A stretch of DNA of 64,000 nt, taken from assembly GCA_027492205.1 (NCBI GenBank), contig JAOZFN010000017.1, positions 96,001-160,000 on the forward strand, written 5' to 3'. How positions within the stretch are numbered: the first letter of the stretch is position 1; each line of letters begins with the position of its first letter. This document shows, in pieces, positions 30,040 through 39,612 of the stretch. Source of the stretch: Thermoproteota archaeon (GTDB lineage Archaea; Korarchaeota; Korarchaeia; Korarchaeales; Korarchaeaceae). The notes under the pieces are model-generated. The model was not told the origin of the DNA. It was given only the letters and a program-made list of their open reading frames with translations, and did no database searches. The position numbers and the translations under genes are program-made.

Positions 30040-31233
30040 TCACCTCCTGAGTACCCTCTCGACGGCCTCGGCGACTCGCCTGGCGTATTTGGGATTCGTA
30101 TAAACCCTGACGGTCTTTATCGCGGTCACGAGGGCCTCCGGAGGGATTACCCCGCCGCGGACCGACTCCAGGGGGACGACGGGGCCGTCCTCCTCCACGA
30201 CGCCGATGAGCCCGGCGTGGCTGGCGGACGGGAGGGAGGGAGACCCCACCAGGACCCAGTGGGCGGGCACGCCAGCCTCCTCGGCTATGCCCTCGTGCCC
30301 GACCTCGGCGAGCCTGTCTCCGTCCTCGCCCCCCCTCTCCGCCACGAGCCTGACGGGCCTCCTCGCCTCCAGGTCCGAGAGGATCTCGTCCACCCGCCTC
30401 GACTCGGCAGACGCGGCCCTGAGGGCGCAGACGACGGAGTGGTCGTCGAACCGCGCCCAGCCGGAGAGCTCGACCAGCTCCAGGACTTCTTCACCCGCGG
30501 GGAGGCCTACTACGTCCCTCGCGAGCTCGTAGGTCCGCTGGAGCATAAGCTCGAAGGCGACGACCGTCTTGTGGAGGTATACCGCCCTGAACATGAAGGT
30601 CCTGCTCAGGATGAAGTGCTCCAGCGCGTGGAGGGACCTCCTCGGGATTGCGAGCACCGGTGAGCCGGCCAGCTCGGCCTTTCTCACCACCCTGAGGATC
30701 CTCTGGACGTCGGGCCTGCCGTAGGTGACTCCCGTGTGGAGCGAGTCTCTCAGCAGGTAGTCCAGGCGGTCGGCGTCTAGTGGAGAGGAGATCAGGAGAG
30801 ACTCCGGTCTCTTGTGTCCCCACGCGACCTCGGCCACCTCTTCCGGGCTGTACCCGGCCGCCGAGAGGGCGTCGGCCAGCTCGCCGCTCCTGAGCACCTC
30901 CCTGCCCAGCCGCTCGTGGCTCGCCCCCAGGGTGGCCTCGAGGGTGTGGGAGAAGGGCGGGTGGCCGACGTCGTGGAGGAGGGCCGCCAGCCTGGCCAGC
31001 TGAGCGTCTGCCTCGGGTAGGGCGCTCCTGGCCAGGGCCTCGGCCAGGTGCATCGCGCCGAGGCTGTGGGCGAACCTGGTGTGGGTGGCCCCAGGGTAGA
31101 CCAGGTGTGCGGGGCCCAGCTGGGATATCCTGCGGAGCCTCTGGAAGGTCGGGGTGTCTACCACCGACACCTCGACCTCGGTCAGGCCGATGTAACCGTG
31201 GACGTTGTCGTACACGTGTTTGACGAACCTCAT
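30040..31233 (-). CDS. HD-domain phosphohydrolase (YdhJ/SAMHD1-like dNTPase family)
   Basis: DNVHG, FQRLRRISQLG, HTRFAHSLG, LLHDVGHPPFSH, DADRLDYLLRDS; start ATG 31233. Confidence 0.9.
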   Translation of the reverse strand: MRFVKHVYDNVHGYIGLTEVEVSVVDTPTFQRLRRISQLGPAHLVYPGATHTRFAHSLGAMHLAEALARSALPEADAQLARLAALLHDVGHPPFSHTLEATLGASHERLGREVLRSGELADALSAAGYSPEEVAEVAWGHKRPESLLISSPLDADRLDYLLRDSLHTGVTYGRPDVQRILRVVRKAELAGSPVLAIPRRSLHALEHFILSRTFMFRAVYLHKTVVAFELMLQRTYELARDVVGLPAGEEVLELVELSGWARFDDHSVVCALRAASAESRRVDEILSDLEARRPVRLVAERGGEDGDRLAEVGHEGIAEEAGVPAHWVLVGSPSLPSASHAGLIGVVEEDGPVVPLESVRGGVIPPEALVTAIKTVRVYTNPKYARRVAEAVERVLRR

Positions 31234-31307
31234 CGCTCGGGCCCTGGATCTGGCGGAATAATTATTGATTGGTAGGCCCGCGAAAGGGAGTCCCTCTGTT
31301 GGGACCG

Positions 31308-33310
31308 TCAGGAGCGAATCCTTCTGTACAGGGCCGCCGCCAGCGCTAGGGTCAACGCCAGAGGCAGGGCCAGGAACCACTGAGGTAGCACGTTCACCCT
31401 CAGCTCCCCCTCGGCGAGGATGTGCCCTTGGGCGAGCACTCGCGCGTAGACCCAGTGGGTGCCCTGGGAGAGCGTGACCGACGCGGAGGCCTCTCCTCCG
31501 GGAGGCACCGACAGGTTCTCAGAGACCGCGCGATTCCCGTCTATGAACACCTCCAGCGTTAGGTTGAGGGTGAGTTCGTAGGGGTTCTCCACGGTCGCAG
31601 AGAGGCTCCAAGATCCCAACTCGAATCTGCTCGGAGTGGAGATCTTGAGCGGAACGGTCGGGCCGACGACCGCAACGCTAACCCTCTCCTCCGCGAGCTC
31701 TATGTCGGCCGGGCCCACGACCCTCACGGTCAGGTCGTGGGTTCCAGGGCCCAGGTGGATCTCCCACGACTCGTAGAGGACGCCCGGGGACAGGTTCACC
31801 TCGATCCACTCTACCAGCTCGCCATCCTCCTCCAAGACCTCCACCCTGACCGGGATCTCGAGTGGGTTGGGGTTGGTCAGGGCGACCGTGAGATTCACCG
31901 GCCCCCCTGGGACTGAGGACGCCCACGCGGCCAAGCTCAGGTTGGTGATCGACTCAATTACGACCCGCGCGAACGACTCCGAACCCAGGGCCGAGCAGCG
32001 GAGCCTCAACTCGTGCCTGCCCGGCGTTGTGTTCAGGTCAAGTGGTATCTCCACGATCCCGCGCGCCGGCAACTCGTACGCCCCGGTCCAGAACTTCGCC
32101 CCGTCAAGCCAGGCGGTGACGACAGCCTCGGCATCCCTGGGGAGGGGGTTCTTTAGACTCAGCTCGATTGTCCCCCTGCCCTCCGGCAGGATGACTTGTC
32201 CAGGAACGCCGACCTCGATTGGCTCGGTCGCGTAGGCCCTGACCCCAAAGAAGCCAGACACGTAAACTACGTCTCCACCGGGTGCCCAGGCCACGGACAG
32301 GGCTCCGTCCGGCAAGAGGCCCGAGTCGAGAACGATTCGGCCGGAGCTGTCGAGCACCACAAGCCGCCTGTCGAGGAGCGCGGCCAGGAGGTCTCCATTC
32401 GGACTCCAGCGAACCAGGTTGATCGCCCGACCCAGGGCTCCGGTGGACCAGACGACTCCTCCCTTTTCGCCCAGTAGGACCACTTCTCCCCCCGAGGCAG
32501 CGACGAGCCCCCCTTGTCGCCAGTCGAGGGAGGACACGGGGTTTGCCAGTGGGGGGAGGTCCAGGCTGCCCTGCCGGACCGGTTGTAGAAATTGACGGTT
32601 AAGGACCGCTCCCTCTGGGATGAAGAGAGAAACCCGACGGCCAGCAGGGAGCCGTCCGGGCTCCAAGAAACCGACGCCCTCTCAGATCCGATGAACCCGT
32701 GCGTCTTTGGCGCTGTGGCCCACAGCTGAGCGCAGCTCCTGTTGAGGACGACTACTCTCCCGTTCCCCAGCGCGAAGGTCACCAGAGAGCCGCCTGGCGA
32801 CCAGTCAACCCAGGTTGCTGGGGTCTCCGTCTCAAACCAGCACAGCAGACCCTCGCTCTTGGAGAGTATCCCGTAGAGCCCCCGTCCTCCTCCTGCCTCT
32901 GAGGTCTTGAGGCTGAAGGCCAGTCCGGCGCACCCTGGATCCCACCGGACTACGCCGCTCCACGCTCTCTGCCTCACCGGCAGGGACCACCACACGGCCC
33001 CTGACCGATTGATCAGGGTGATTTCGTCGACTGAGAGGACCGCCATAAGTCCCCCTCGACACGAGTCCACGGACAGAGAGGGTCCCAAGTCGAGATGCCA
33101 TATCGTCTCCCCGTTGGACGCATTCAGAGCCAATAGGCCCTGCTCAGTCGCCACATAGACCTCCTTACCGTCTGGAGAAATGGCTAAGTCATATGCTGGT
33201 CCCACGTCGCTCCTTTCCCACAACATGGGCGCCGCGTGCTGGAATGTCGTGAGGACCGGCGCCGGAGCTACCAGCGCGAGGATGGTCGCAAGCGCTACAG
33301 CGCCCCTCAC
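31308..33310 (-). CDS. WD40/beta-propeller plus Ig-like surface protein, paralog of 26291-28330, split by a frameshift at G6 run 32551-32556
   Basis: ORFs 32267-33364 and 31308-32666 join to WTSPPLANPVSSLDW if one base is added; colinear with the paralog (WRSNPLGTPIHSVDW). Confidence 0.8.
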
Positions 33311-33471
33311 AACCCTTGCTGGGCGTGAGAGATTATTTTCGTTACTTGTGGCCGCTTCGTTCACCTTCGACCCTAAACTTGTGCGGGTTGAGTCGTCTCA
33401 TCGACCAATCGTCTATACCAGCCGTGCCGAGCCCTATTAACCCGGGAGCGGCTCAAGGAATCGGTGATAGC

Positions 33472-35250
33472 ATGAGGCGGGCCCTCTTGCCCTGCCTTGC
33501 CCTGTCCCTTGTAGTCCTCCTAGTGCTGCCGCTCCAGCTGGTGGAGGCCGCCTCTTCGACCGTCGAGGTGGAGGTTGCGGCCGACGTCTACATAGACGCC
33601 TACGACGGGGAGCTCGACCTCTCGATATCGGACCCAGATCTGAACTTCAAGCACGGCTCCGACCCCATCCTAATCGTGGGAAAGAAGAAGGAGAGCGTCG
33701 AGTACGGGAGGACGGCCTTCACGGACGACTGGCACGAGGGCTGCGGAATCTTCGATGCCGAGTGCGTCGGCCTCACGGGGGCCAACGAGTACAGGATCCT
33801 CCTGAGGCCCAGCCTGGACGGGATCTCCGGGGTAGTGATGTCAGCCAAGATAGTGCTCACCCTCAAGCAGATGGATCCTGATCACGACGTCGCAATTCTA
33901 GCGTATCCGCTGGTGGCCAACTTCAACGAGGCAGAGGCGACGTGGATCTACAGGGACTCGGGCGTGGAGTGGGCCATCGAGGGTGGAGACTACAACTCAT
34001 CAGGTCTCTTGGAGCAGGTCGTGGTGGAGGCCGGGTCAGCCCCGGGCACGGTGGTCGAGGTAGATGTGACGGACTACGTCCGCGCGGTGAAGCAGGGACG
34101 GTCCCACAACTACGGGATAATCCTGATCCCCGGGGCGACCCTCGGGTGGGCCGAGTTCTACTCCACCGAGTCCTCGAATCCCAAGGGGAGGCCCAAGCTT
34201 GTGGTGGAGACCTCCTCCCCGGGCGGGGTCGTCGGAACCCCGATGCCCACCACCCCGCCGCCCTTCGGGGGCTGGACGGGGCCGGTGACCCCCCACGTCT
34301 GGTACGTGTCGGTCTCACCCTCGGAGGTCACTGTCCTGCGGGGGAGAAGCGTCACCGTGGACGTCGGCGTGGAGGCGATTGGGGTCAGCCCCACGGTCTC
34401 GCTGTCGGCCTCTGGGATCCCGCCGGGCTGCGCGGTCAGCTTCAGCCAGACGGGTGGGCCCGCTCCCCTCGCGGCCAGCCTGACGGTATCCACCACCGCC
34501 TCGACGCCTGAGGGGGACTACAACGTGACGATCCAAGCGATTTCCAGCTCTGGGGAGACTCGCTCCACGGTGTTGCGCCTCAAGGTGGTCAGCAGGCCCA
34601 GTCCAGACTTCAAGGTCACGGTCAGGCCCCCGGGCGGCGCGGTCGGTCAGGGGGAGGCCGCTGCCTTCAAGGTCGCAGTTGCTCCGATGTACGGGTTCTC
34701 CGAACCCGTGACTGTCTCCCTGCTCAACCTGCCTTCCGGCTGCTCCTACACGGTCTCTGGAGTCGGAGTTCCCCCGTTCGAGGCCTGGGTCAACGTCTCT
34801 ACCTCTGAGGATACCCCCGCCGGTGCCCACAACCTGGTGGTCAAGGTCGCCGGCGGCGGCCTCACGAAGTCGGAGAGGTTTGTCCTCGTGGTGATTTCGG
34901 CCCCGGAGGGGGGCGAGACATCCCCGCCTCCAGGCGGTCCCGTGGGAGGTGAAGGGGCCCCTGGCTCCGGTGTCGGCGCGGGAGGAGCCGCCGGCGGTCA
35001 GTCTGCGGGCGGGGGTCCCCGGCAGGGTGGCTCGACCCAGGGGGGAGGTCGTCAAAGGCCGCCCAGGTCCCAGCCGACCGCTGGCCAGAGTCCGGGGGGT
35101 GGCGAATCCCAGGGAGCGGGCAGGGAGACCGGGAGCACCTTGACTCTGCCCCTCCTGGGAGTGACCTTGCCCGCGTGGCTGGTCGCGGTTCTGGCGCTGG
35201 GGCTGATCCTCATAGTCGCTGGGATCGCCCTGCGCGCCAGGGGGTCTTGA
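33472..35250 (+). CDS. Surface protein with DNRLRE-like domain, Ig-like repeats, Gly/Pro-rich stalk and C-terminal TM
   Basis: ADVYI, SAKIVL, EAEATW, DVTDYV, NYGIIL, FYSTE..RPKLVV; ATG 33472 after a GGTGA RBS. Confidence 0.75.
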   Translation: MRRALLPCLALSLVVLLVLPLQLVEAASSTVEVEVAADVYIDAYDGELDLSISDPDLNFKHGSDPILIVGKKKESVEYGRTAFTDDWHEGCGIFDAECVGLTGANEYRILLRPSLDGISGVVMSAKIVLTLKQMDPDHDVAILAYPLVANFNEAEATWIYRDSGVEWAIEGGDYNSSGLLEQVVVEAGSAPGTVVEVDVTDYVRAVKQGRSHNYGIILIPGATLGWAEFYSTESSNPKGRPKLVVETSSPGGVVGTPMPTTPPPFGGWTGPVTPHVWYVSVSPSEVTVLRGRSVTVDVGVEAIGVSPTVSLSASGIPPGCAVSFSQTGGPAPLAASLTVSTTASTPEGDYNVTIQAISSSGETRSTVLRLKVVSRPSPDFKVTVRPPGGAVGQGEAAAFKVAVAPMYGFSEPVTVSLLNLPSGCSYTVSGVGVPPFEAWVNVSTSEDTPAGAHNLVVKVAGGGLTKSERFVLVVISAPEGGETSPPPGGPVGGEGAPGSGVGAGGAAGGQSAGGGPRQGGSTQGGGRQRPPRSQPTAGQSPGGGESQGAGRETGSTLTLPLLGVTLPAWLVAVLALGLILIVAGIALRARGS

Positions 35251-35375
35251 GCCCCCCATACACGACTTTTTTCGGTGGTGTTGGATAGTGAGGGGGTTGC
35301 GTGGCCTCCCCTGTCCTGAAGCGATCGCCGGGCGCCGGCCTAATTAAATACGGATGGCGCGGGCCCATCGTCCTG

Positions 35376-36278
35376 TTGAGGCTCCTCAGGCCCTTCGACC
35401 CCTGGAAGAGCCCGCTGTGTACCTGCCCACCGCAGCTCACGCTCAATCCGTACACCGGGTGCGGGCACAAGTGCGTCTACTGCTACATTACCGCGTATGT
35501 GAGGGATGCCTTCAACCCGAGGCCAAAGAAGGACCTCTTATCACGTCTGATCTCCGACCTGAGGCACCTCCGGCCCGGAACCCTGGTCTCGATGAGCCTC
35601 AGCTCGGACCCGTACACGCCACCCGAGGGGGAGCTGGGGCTGACGAGGCGGGCCCTAGATCTCCTACTTAGAGCCGGGGCCAGGGTCCTCGTCGTGACCA
35701 AGTCCGGACTGGTGGCCCGTGACGCAGACCTGCTGGGGCGAGGCCGCGCGGCGGTAATGTTCACCGTCACGACGCTGAGCGAGGACCTGGCATCGAGGCT
35801 GGAACCCGGGGCGCCGCCGCCCAGGGAGAGGCTGAAGGCGATGTCTTTCCTCTCCGCCGCCGGCGTTCCCGTTGGACTCAGGCTGGATCCGATCATACCT
35901 GGTGTGAACGACTCCCTAGAGGAGATCGCGAGGATCCTGGAGGAGGCGAGGAGGGCCGGAGCCTCTCACGTAGTCTCCTCAACTTACAAGGCCAGGCCTG
36001 ACAGCGTGAGGCGCCTCACAGAGGCCCTGCCGGAGGTCGCCGAGGCGCTGAAGCTGGCCTACAGGTCGGGGGAGAGGGTCGGCGGCTACCTCTACCTGCC
36101 GAAGGCGGTGAGAGTCAGGCTCATGGAGGCGGTGAGGGAGGCGGCCCTTAGGTCGGGGATGACCTTCGCCACATGCAGGGAGGGGCTGGCCCACATGAAC
36201 ACGCCGGGTGTCTCGTGCGACGGGTCCCACCTGACCCCGCCCGACCGGGGGGCTCGGCCGACGGAAAAGGGATATTAG
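35376..36278 (+). CDS. Radical SAM protein, SplB-related family
   Basis: LNPYTGCGHKCVYCY, SSDPY.P.E, TKS, LEPGAP; TTG 35376 downstream of TTAAATA. Confidence 0.88.
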   Translation: MRLLRPFDPWKSPLCTCPPQLTLNPYTGCGHKCVYCYITAYVRDAFNPRPKKDLLSRLISDLRHLRPGTLVSMSLSSDPYTPPEGELGLTRRALDLLLRAGARVLVVTKSGLVARDADLLGRGRAAVMFTVTTLSEDLASRLEPGAPPPRERLKAMSFLSAAGVPVGLRLDPIIPGVNDSLEEIARILEEARRAGASHVVSSTYKARPDSVRRLTEALPEVAEALKLAYRSGERVGGYLYLPKAVRVRLMEAVREAALRSGMTFATCREGLAHMNTPGVSCDGSHLTPPDRGARPTEKGY

Positions 36279-36315
36279 GAACGCGCCGGGATCCAACCCC
36301 GCTGGGTGCCTGGGG

Positions 36316-36945
36316 TTGGGGCTCCACGCGTTCTTCGTGTTTGACGCCTTCACTGAATTCTTCAGCGCTCTCACGGCCATCTTCGTGGCCTATTACTCGC
36401 TGAGGGCCTACAAGATCCTGGAGGACAGCCGGATGGTCGCCCTCAACCTGGGGTTCTCCGTCCTCGGCGTCGGAATGCTGGTGCACGGGGCCATCAAGGT
36501 CAGGATAGCCTTGGCCGTCCTCTCCGGCGTGCCCGTCCCGCCAGCCAGGCGGCTCCCGCTGGTTAGGCTGGGGTACACCCTGGCCTTCGCCACGGAGCTG
36601 GCAGCCTACGCCCTCATCCTGCTCGCGACAATCAAGAGGCCCCCATCAATGGAGACGACACTCCTCCCACCACTGGCGGCCCCGCTGCTGGAGTACGATT
36701 TCCGCTCTGAGGCCCTCCTAGCGGTCCTGGCCCTGCTGATCGCCGTGAAGGCGGGAATTGGCTACTCCCAGGGGGAGTCGAGGCTCGCCGGGCTGGTGTC
36801 CCTCGGATTCGCGCTGCTCTCCGCCAGCCACTTCCTCCTCGTCTTCGGAGGCCCGCTGAAGCTGATCTCCGCCGACGTCGCGAGGCTGCTCGGGTTCGCC
36901 TGCCTCCTCTGGATGGTGATCAGGGTGAGCAGGGTGGGAGCATGA
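36316..36945 (+). CDS. Multi-TM membrane protein of unknown function
   Basis: 6-7 hydrophobic segments, host-like codon use, ATGA overlap with the next gene. Confidence 0.7.
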   Translation: MGLHAFFVFDAFTEFFSALTAIFVAYYSLRAYKILEDSRMVALNLGFSVLGVGMLVHGAIKVRIALAVLSGVPVPPARRLPLVRLGYTLAFATELAAYALILLATIKRPPSMETTLLPPLAAPLLEYDFRSEALLAVLALLIAVKAGIGYSQGESRLAGLVSLGFALLSASHFLLVFGGPLKLISADVARLLGFACLLWMVIRVSRVGA

Positions 36946-37229
36946 CGGCCAGGCAGAGGTACAGGTCGAAGATGAGGATCTGCTACGACATGCTCAGGGT
37001 GATACAGGAGGAGGGGGGAGAGGCGGGCCCCACCCGGATTCTCTACGGCGCGAACCTCTCCTACGAGAGGCTCAAGAGGTACCTCGCCGAGCTGATCGAG
37101 AAGGGCCTCATTGAGGAGGTGGAGAGGGACGGAAAGAGGATATACAGGCTGACGGACAGCGGGCGGATGTTCATCGTCCACTTCAGGAAGATGACGGAGT
37201 TCGCGAAGGCCTTCGGAATGATCCTATAA
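36942..37229 (+). CDS. Winged helix-turn-helix transcriptional regulator (HTH_45-like)
   Basis: RSKMRI..DML, TRILYGANLSY..LKRYL..L, YRLTDSG. Confidence 0.88.
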   Translation: MTARQRYRSKMRICYDMLRVIQEEGGEAGPTRILYGANLSYERLKRYLAELIEKGLIEEVERDGKRIYRLTDSGRMFIVHFRKMTEFAKAFGMIL

Positions 37230-37286
37230 CCTCGTCGCCAGGCCTCCCGACCGACCGCGCGGGTCGCCAGCGAGAGGCGCGCCGCG

Positions 37287-38056
37287 GTGCGCTGGTCCGA
37301 ACTCTCCGTGGAGGCCAGGAGTTACGTCCTGTATCAGCCCTAGCCTCGACGGTCCTGATCACGCGGTACGCGCTCCCCCTCTACCCGATGAAGGTGGGCT
37401 ACGGCGTCTTTGGAGGTCGGGGCCACATTCACGGCCGCGACCTGTTGAGCGTTCCGTTCACCGTCCTGCTGGGCAGGAGGTTCACGAGGGTCGACCCGAG
37501 GCTTGGGCTGGCCGCCATAGACCTGATGGAGGCGGTCTCCCTCGCCCTCTCCTCGATGGCGTACGGTCCGATGGCCCCCCTGCTCGTTCTGGCGGGGCAG
37601 CTGGTGGACGAGGCATCCAGCGTGCTCTATTCCCTCTATCCTGCCTACGAGAGGATCGCGTACTCGGAGGAGAGGTTCAGGAAGCCCATGCTGTGGCACA
37701 TGGCGGTTCCCGAGCTCTCGGTGGTCTTCACCTACCCGGCGCTCGGCTACGTCCTGGGGCGGGTCTGCGGTGACCCCTCCCGCCTACGACAGGCCTTCGC
37801 GGCCTTTGCGGCATACCAGCTGCTCCTGATACCCTACACCCTCCTGGCGCTCAGGCCCGTTGTCATAGAGGGTAAGAGAGATGGCCAGGGGGAGGGGAAG
37901 GGGGAGGGTTGGGGGGAGCGTGGGGATCTGTGGAGGAGGTATGGGGTCTACGTGGTCGCCGACGTCCTCTTCGTCCTGGGCTGGAGCCTGGCCCCGGGCT
38001 TGGCCACGGTCTACCTCGTTATGGAGAAGTTTGCGCGCGTGGCGGTCATAACTTGA
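37287..38056 (+). pseudogene. Truncated, frameshifted MFS-type transporter
   Basis: Hydrophobic segments spread over several frames (MRWSELSVEARSYVLY..., ..EVGATFTAA..), ends after about 7 TM. Confidence 0.5.
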
Positions 38057-38258
38057 CTGAGGAGGGTTCATCAACTCTGGAGAGCGTGGGCGGCTTGTCG
38101 ACTGGCGTGCGAAGACCTCGAAGGTTGCTTCCTGTGTAAATCCCAGCCCCACCCACCTTTTCGCAATTCAGTGGACCCGCGTAGGAGCCTTCGCTGTACA
38201 GAGGTCTCGCCCGTTACCAAAGGCAATTTAGTCTGAAAAGCCCTTGCCGGACTGTGTA

Positions 38259-38320
38259 GGGCGGTCGGGACTCGGCAAAGTCATCAGAGATCAGCCGGTT
38301 GATCCCTCCTCATCCCGCCC
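38259..38320 (-). ncRNA. Box C/D methylation guide sRNA
   Basis: GGGCGG-G-ATGAGGA(C)-GGGATCAACCGG-CTGA(D')-TCT-CTGATGA(C')-CTTTGCCGAGTC-CCGA(D)-CCGCCC; 6-bp terminal stem; guides complement 16S CCGGUUGAUCC and 23S ACUCGGCAAA. Confidence 0.88.
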
Positions 38321-38376
38321 AGCTGAAATGGCGGCCTGACTATTTTTCCTTATCTTGTGGGAGGTACCCCTCGGCC

Positions 38377-38898
38377 CTAACCTCCCCCGCCAGCCCCCCG
38401 GCTGATCCGCTCGGCCTCCCTGAGCGCTCGATCGTAGACGTCGGCCGTGAGCCAGAAACCGGCTCGGCTGAGGTTCCCGAGGTTTGTCCTGAACTGGGAG
38501 AGGTCGATTAGCCCGGCTTCCAGCAGATCAAGCAGGAGCCTCACCGTCCGCACGACCCTGACTCCCGCCGCCCTGGCCACGAGGTATGCCGGTCTGTCGT
38601 CCGCTAGGAGCGGGAGCCCCTTATCCAGCGCTAGAGAGATGGCCTCAGCCTCCCCCGGGTGAATATTCTCTCCGGCTGAGGGAACCGAGATCGGTTCGGC
38701 TCGCTCGACCGCCACCCCGCCAGCCTCGATCAGCGCTCTTAGGGCTTGAGCCTCCGGATGGCCCGTCTCTTCGCCCCTCACCACCACCTCGCGGTACACG
38801 GCCTCCGGAATCAGAATCCGGCCGAACAACCTCACCGCGAGGTCGATCTTCCCGAGCCTGACCAGGTATATCAGCGGGGTCGAGTTTGAGACCGCCAC
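38377..38898 (-). CDS. PIN-domain protein (DUF3368/VapC-like toxin)
   Basis: VSNSTPLIYL, IPEAVYREV, IHPGEAEAI, LADD; GTG 38898. Confidence 0.88.
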   Translation of the reverse strand: MAVSNSTPLIYLVRLGKIDLAVRLFGRILIPEAVYREVVVRGEETGHPEAQALRALIEAGGVAVERAEPISVPSAGENIHPGEAEAISLALDKGLPLLADDRPAYLVARAAGVRVVRTVRLLLDLLEAGLIDLSQFRTNLGNLSRAGFWLTADVYDRALREAERISRGAGGGG

Positions 38899-39188
38899 CC
38901 GAGATCCTCCTCCAAGTCCTCCAGGGTGTATTGGGCGGGGATCCGCCTCACCCTCAGCTCGGCTAGGAACTCGTAGAGGGTCAGACCGGCCATCTCCGCG
39001 GCCTTCCAAGCAGAGACCCTCCCCTCCGAGTAGAGTCTGATGGCCCTCTGAAGCTTCCACTGCCTCAGGCCCATCGAAATCAGCTTGCGAAGGGCCGTTG
39101 CCCTGTCGAGCTTCTCCTCCCTCTCCATCTCCTCCAGATCTTTCAGGGTGTCGTCTTCGATCCTGGTGGCCACCTGCCTCAGGGGCAC
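38871..39188 (-). CDS. UPF0175 family antitoxin-like protein
   Basis: RHH-like N-terminus, AIRLYSEGRVSAWKAAEMAGL..EF, LEEDL. Confidence 0.88.
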   Translation of the reverse strand: MPLRQVATRIEDDTLKDLEEMEREEKLDRATALRKLISMGLRQWKLQRAIRLYSEGRVSAWKAAEMAGLTLYEFLAELRVRRIPAQYTLEDLEEDLGWRSQTRPR

Positions 39189-39276
39189 GCGCGCTCGCGG
39201 GTGTGTTGATTTATAACTTTTGGGAACGACAATCTCCGGCCGACTCCGACCCTACGGTGAGTGGACCCGAGAGGAG

Positions 39277-39338
39277 GGGCGGTCGTGACTAGGCGAAGAC
39301 ATCGGCCTTCATCCCGTTGATCCCTCGTCGCACCGCCC
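39277..39338 (-). ncRNA. Diverged copy (pseudogene or paralog) of the box C/D sRNA at 38259-38320
   Basis: Ungapped 62-nt alignment, 48/62 identical by hand count; same GGGCGG/CCGCCC stem; boxes degenerate. Confidence 0.65.
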
Positions 39339-39612
39339 CCAAGAAATCTAGTGGGTCTGTTTTTGAGTTCCATTCTCCGGGCGTCTAGGGAATCTCCTTT
39401 AGCGTTCGCAGCGCAGGCGCTCCTTCAACTATTGAGCGCTCCAAACCCTCCAGCTGGATACGCACCCGCGCCCTGAAGTGGGTGTAAAGACAACCGGCTG
39501 CCGGCGATAGCGTTGGCCACCGTCGCAGTTGCCCTTCACTCAGGCCCCCGCCTGTCGGGTCCTGAGAGCAGCCCGGAATAACTCAGATTGGGGGCGTCGA
39601 TCCGATCGACTA

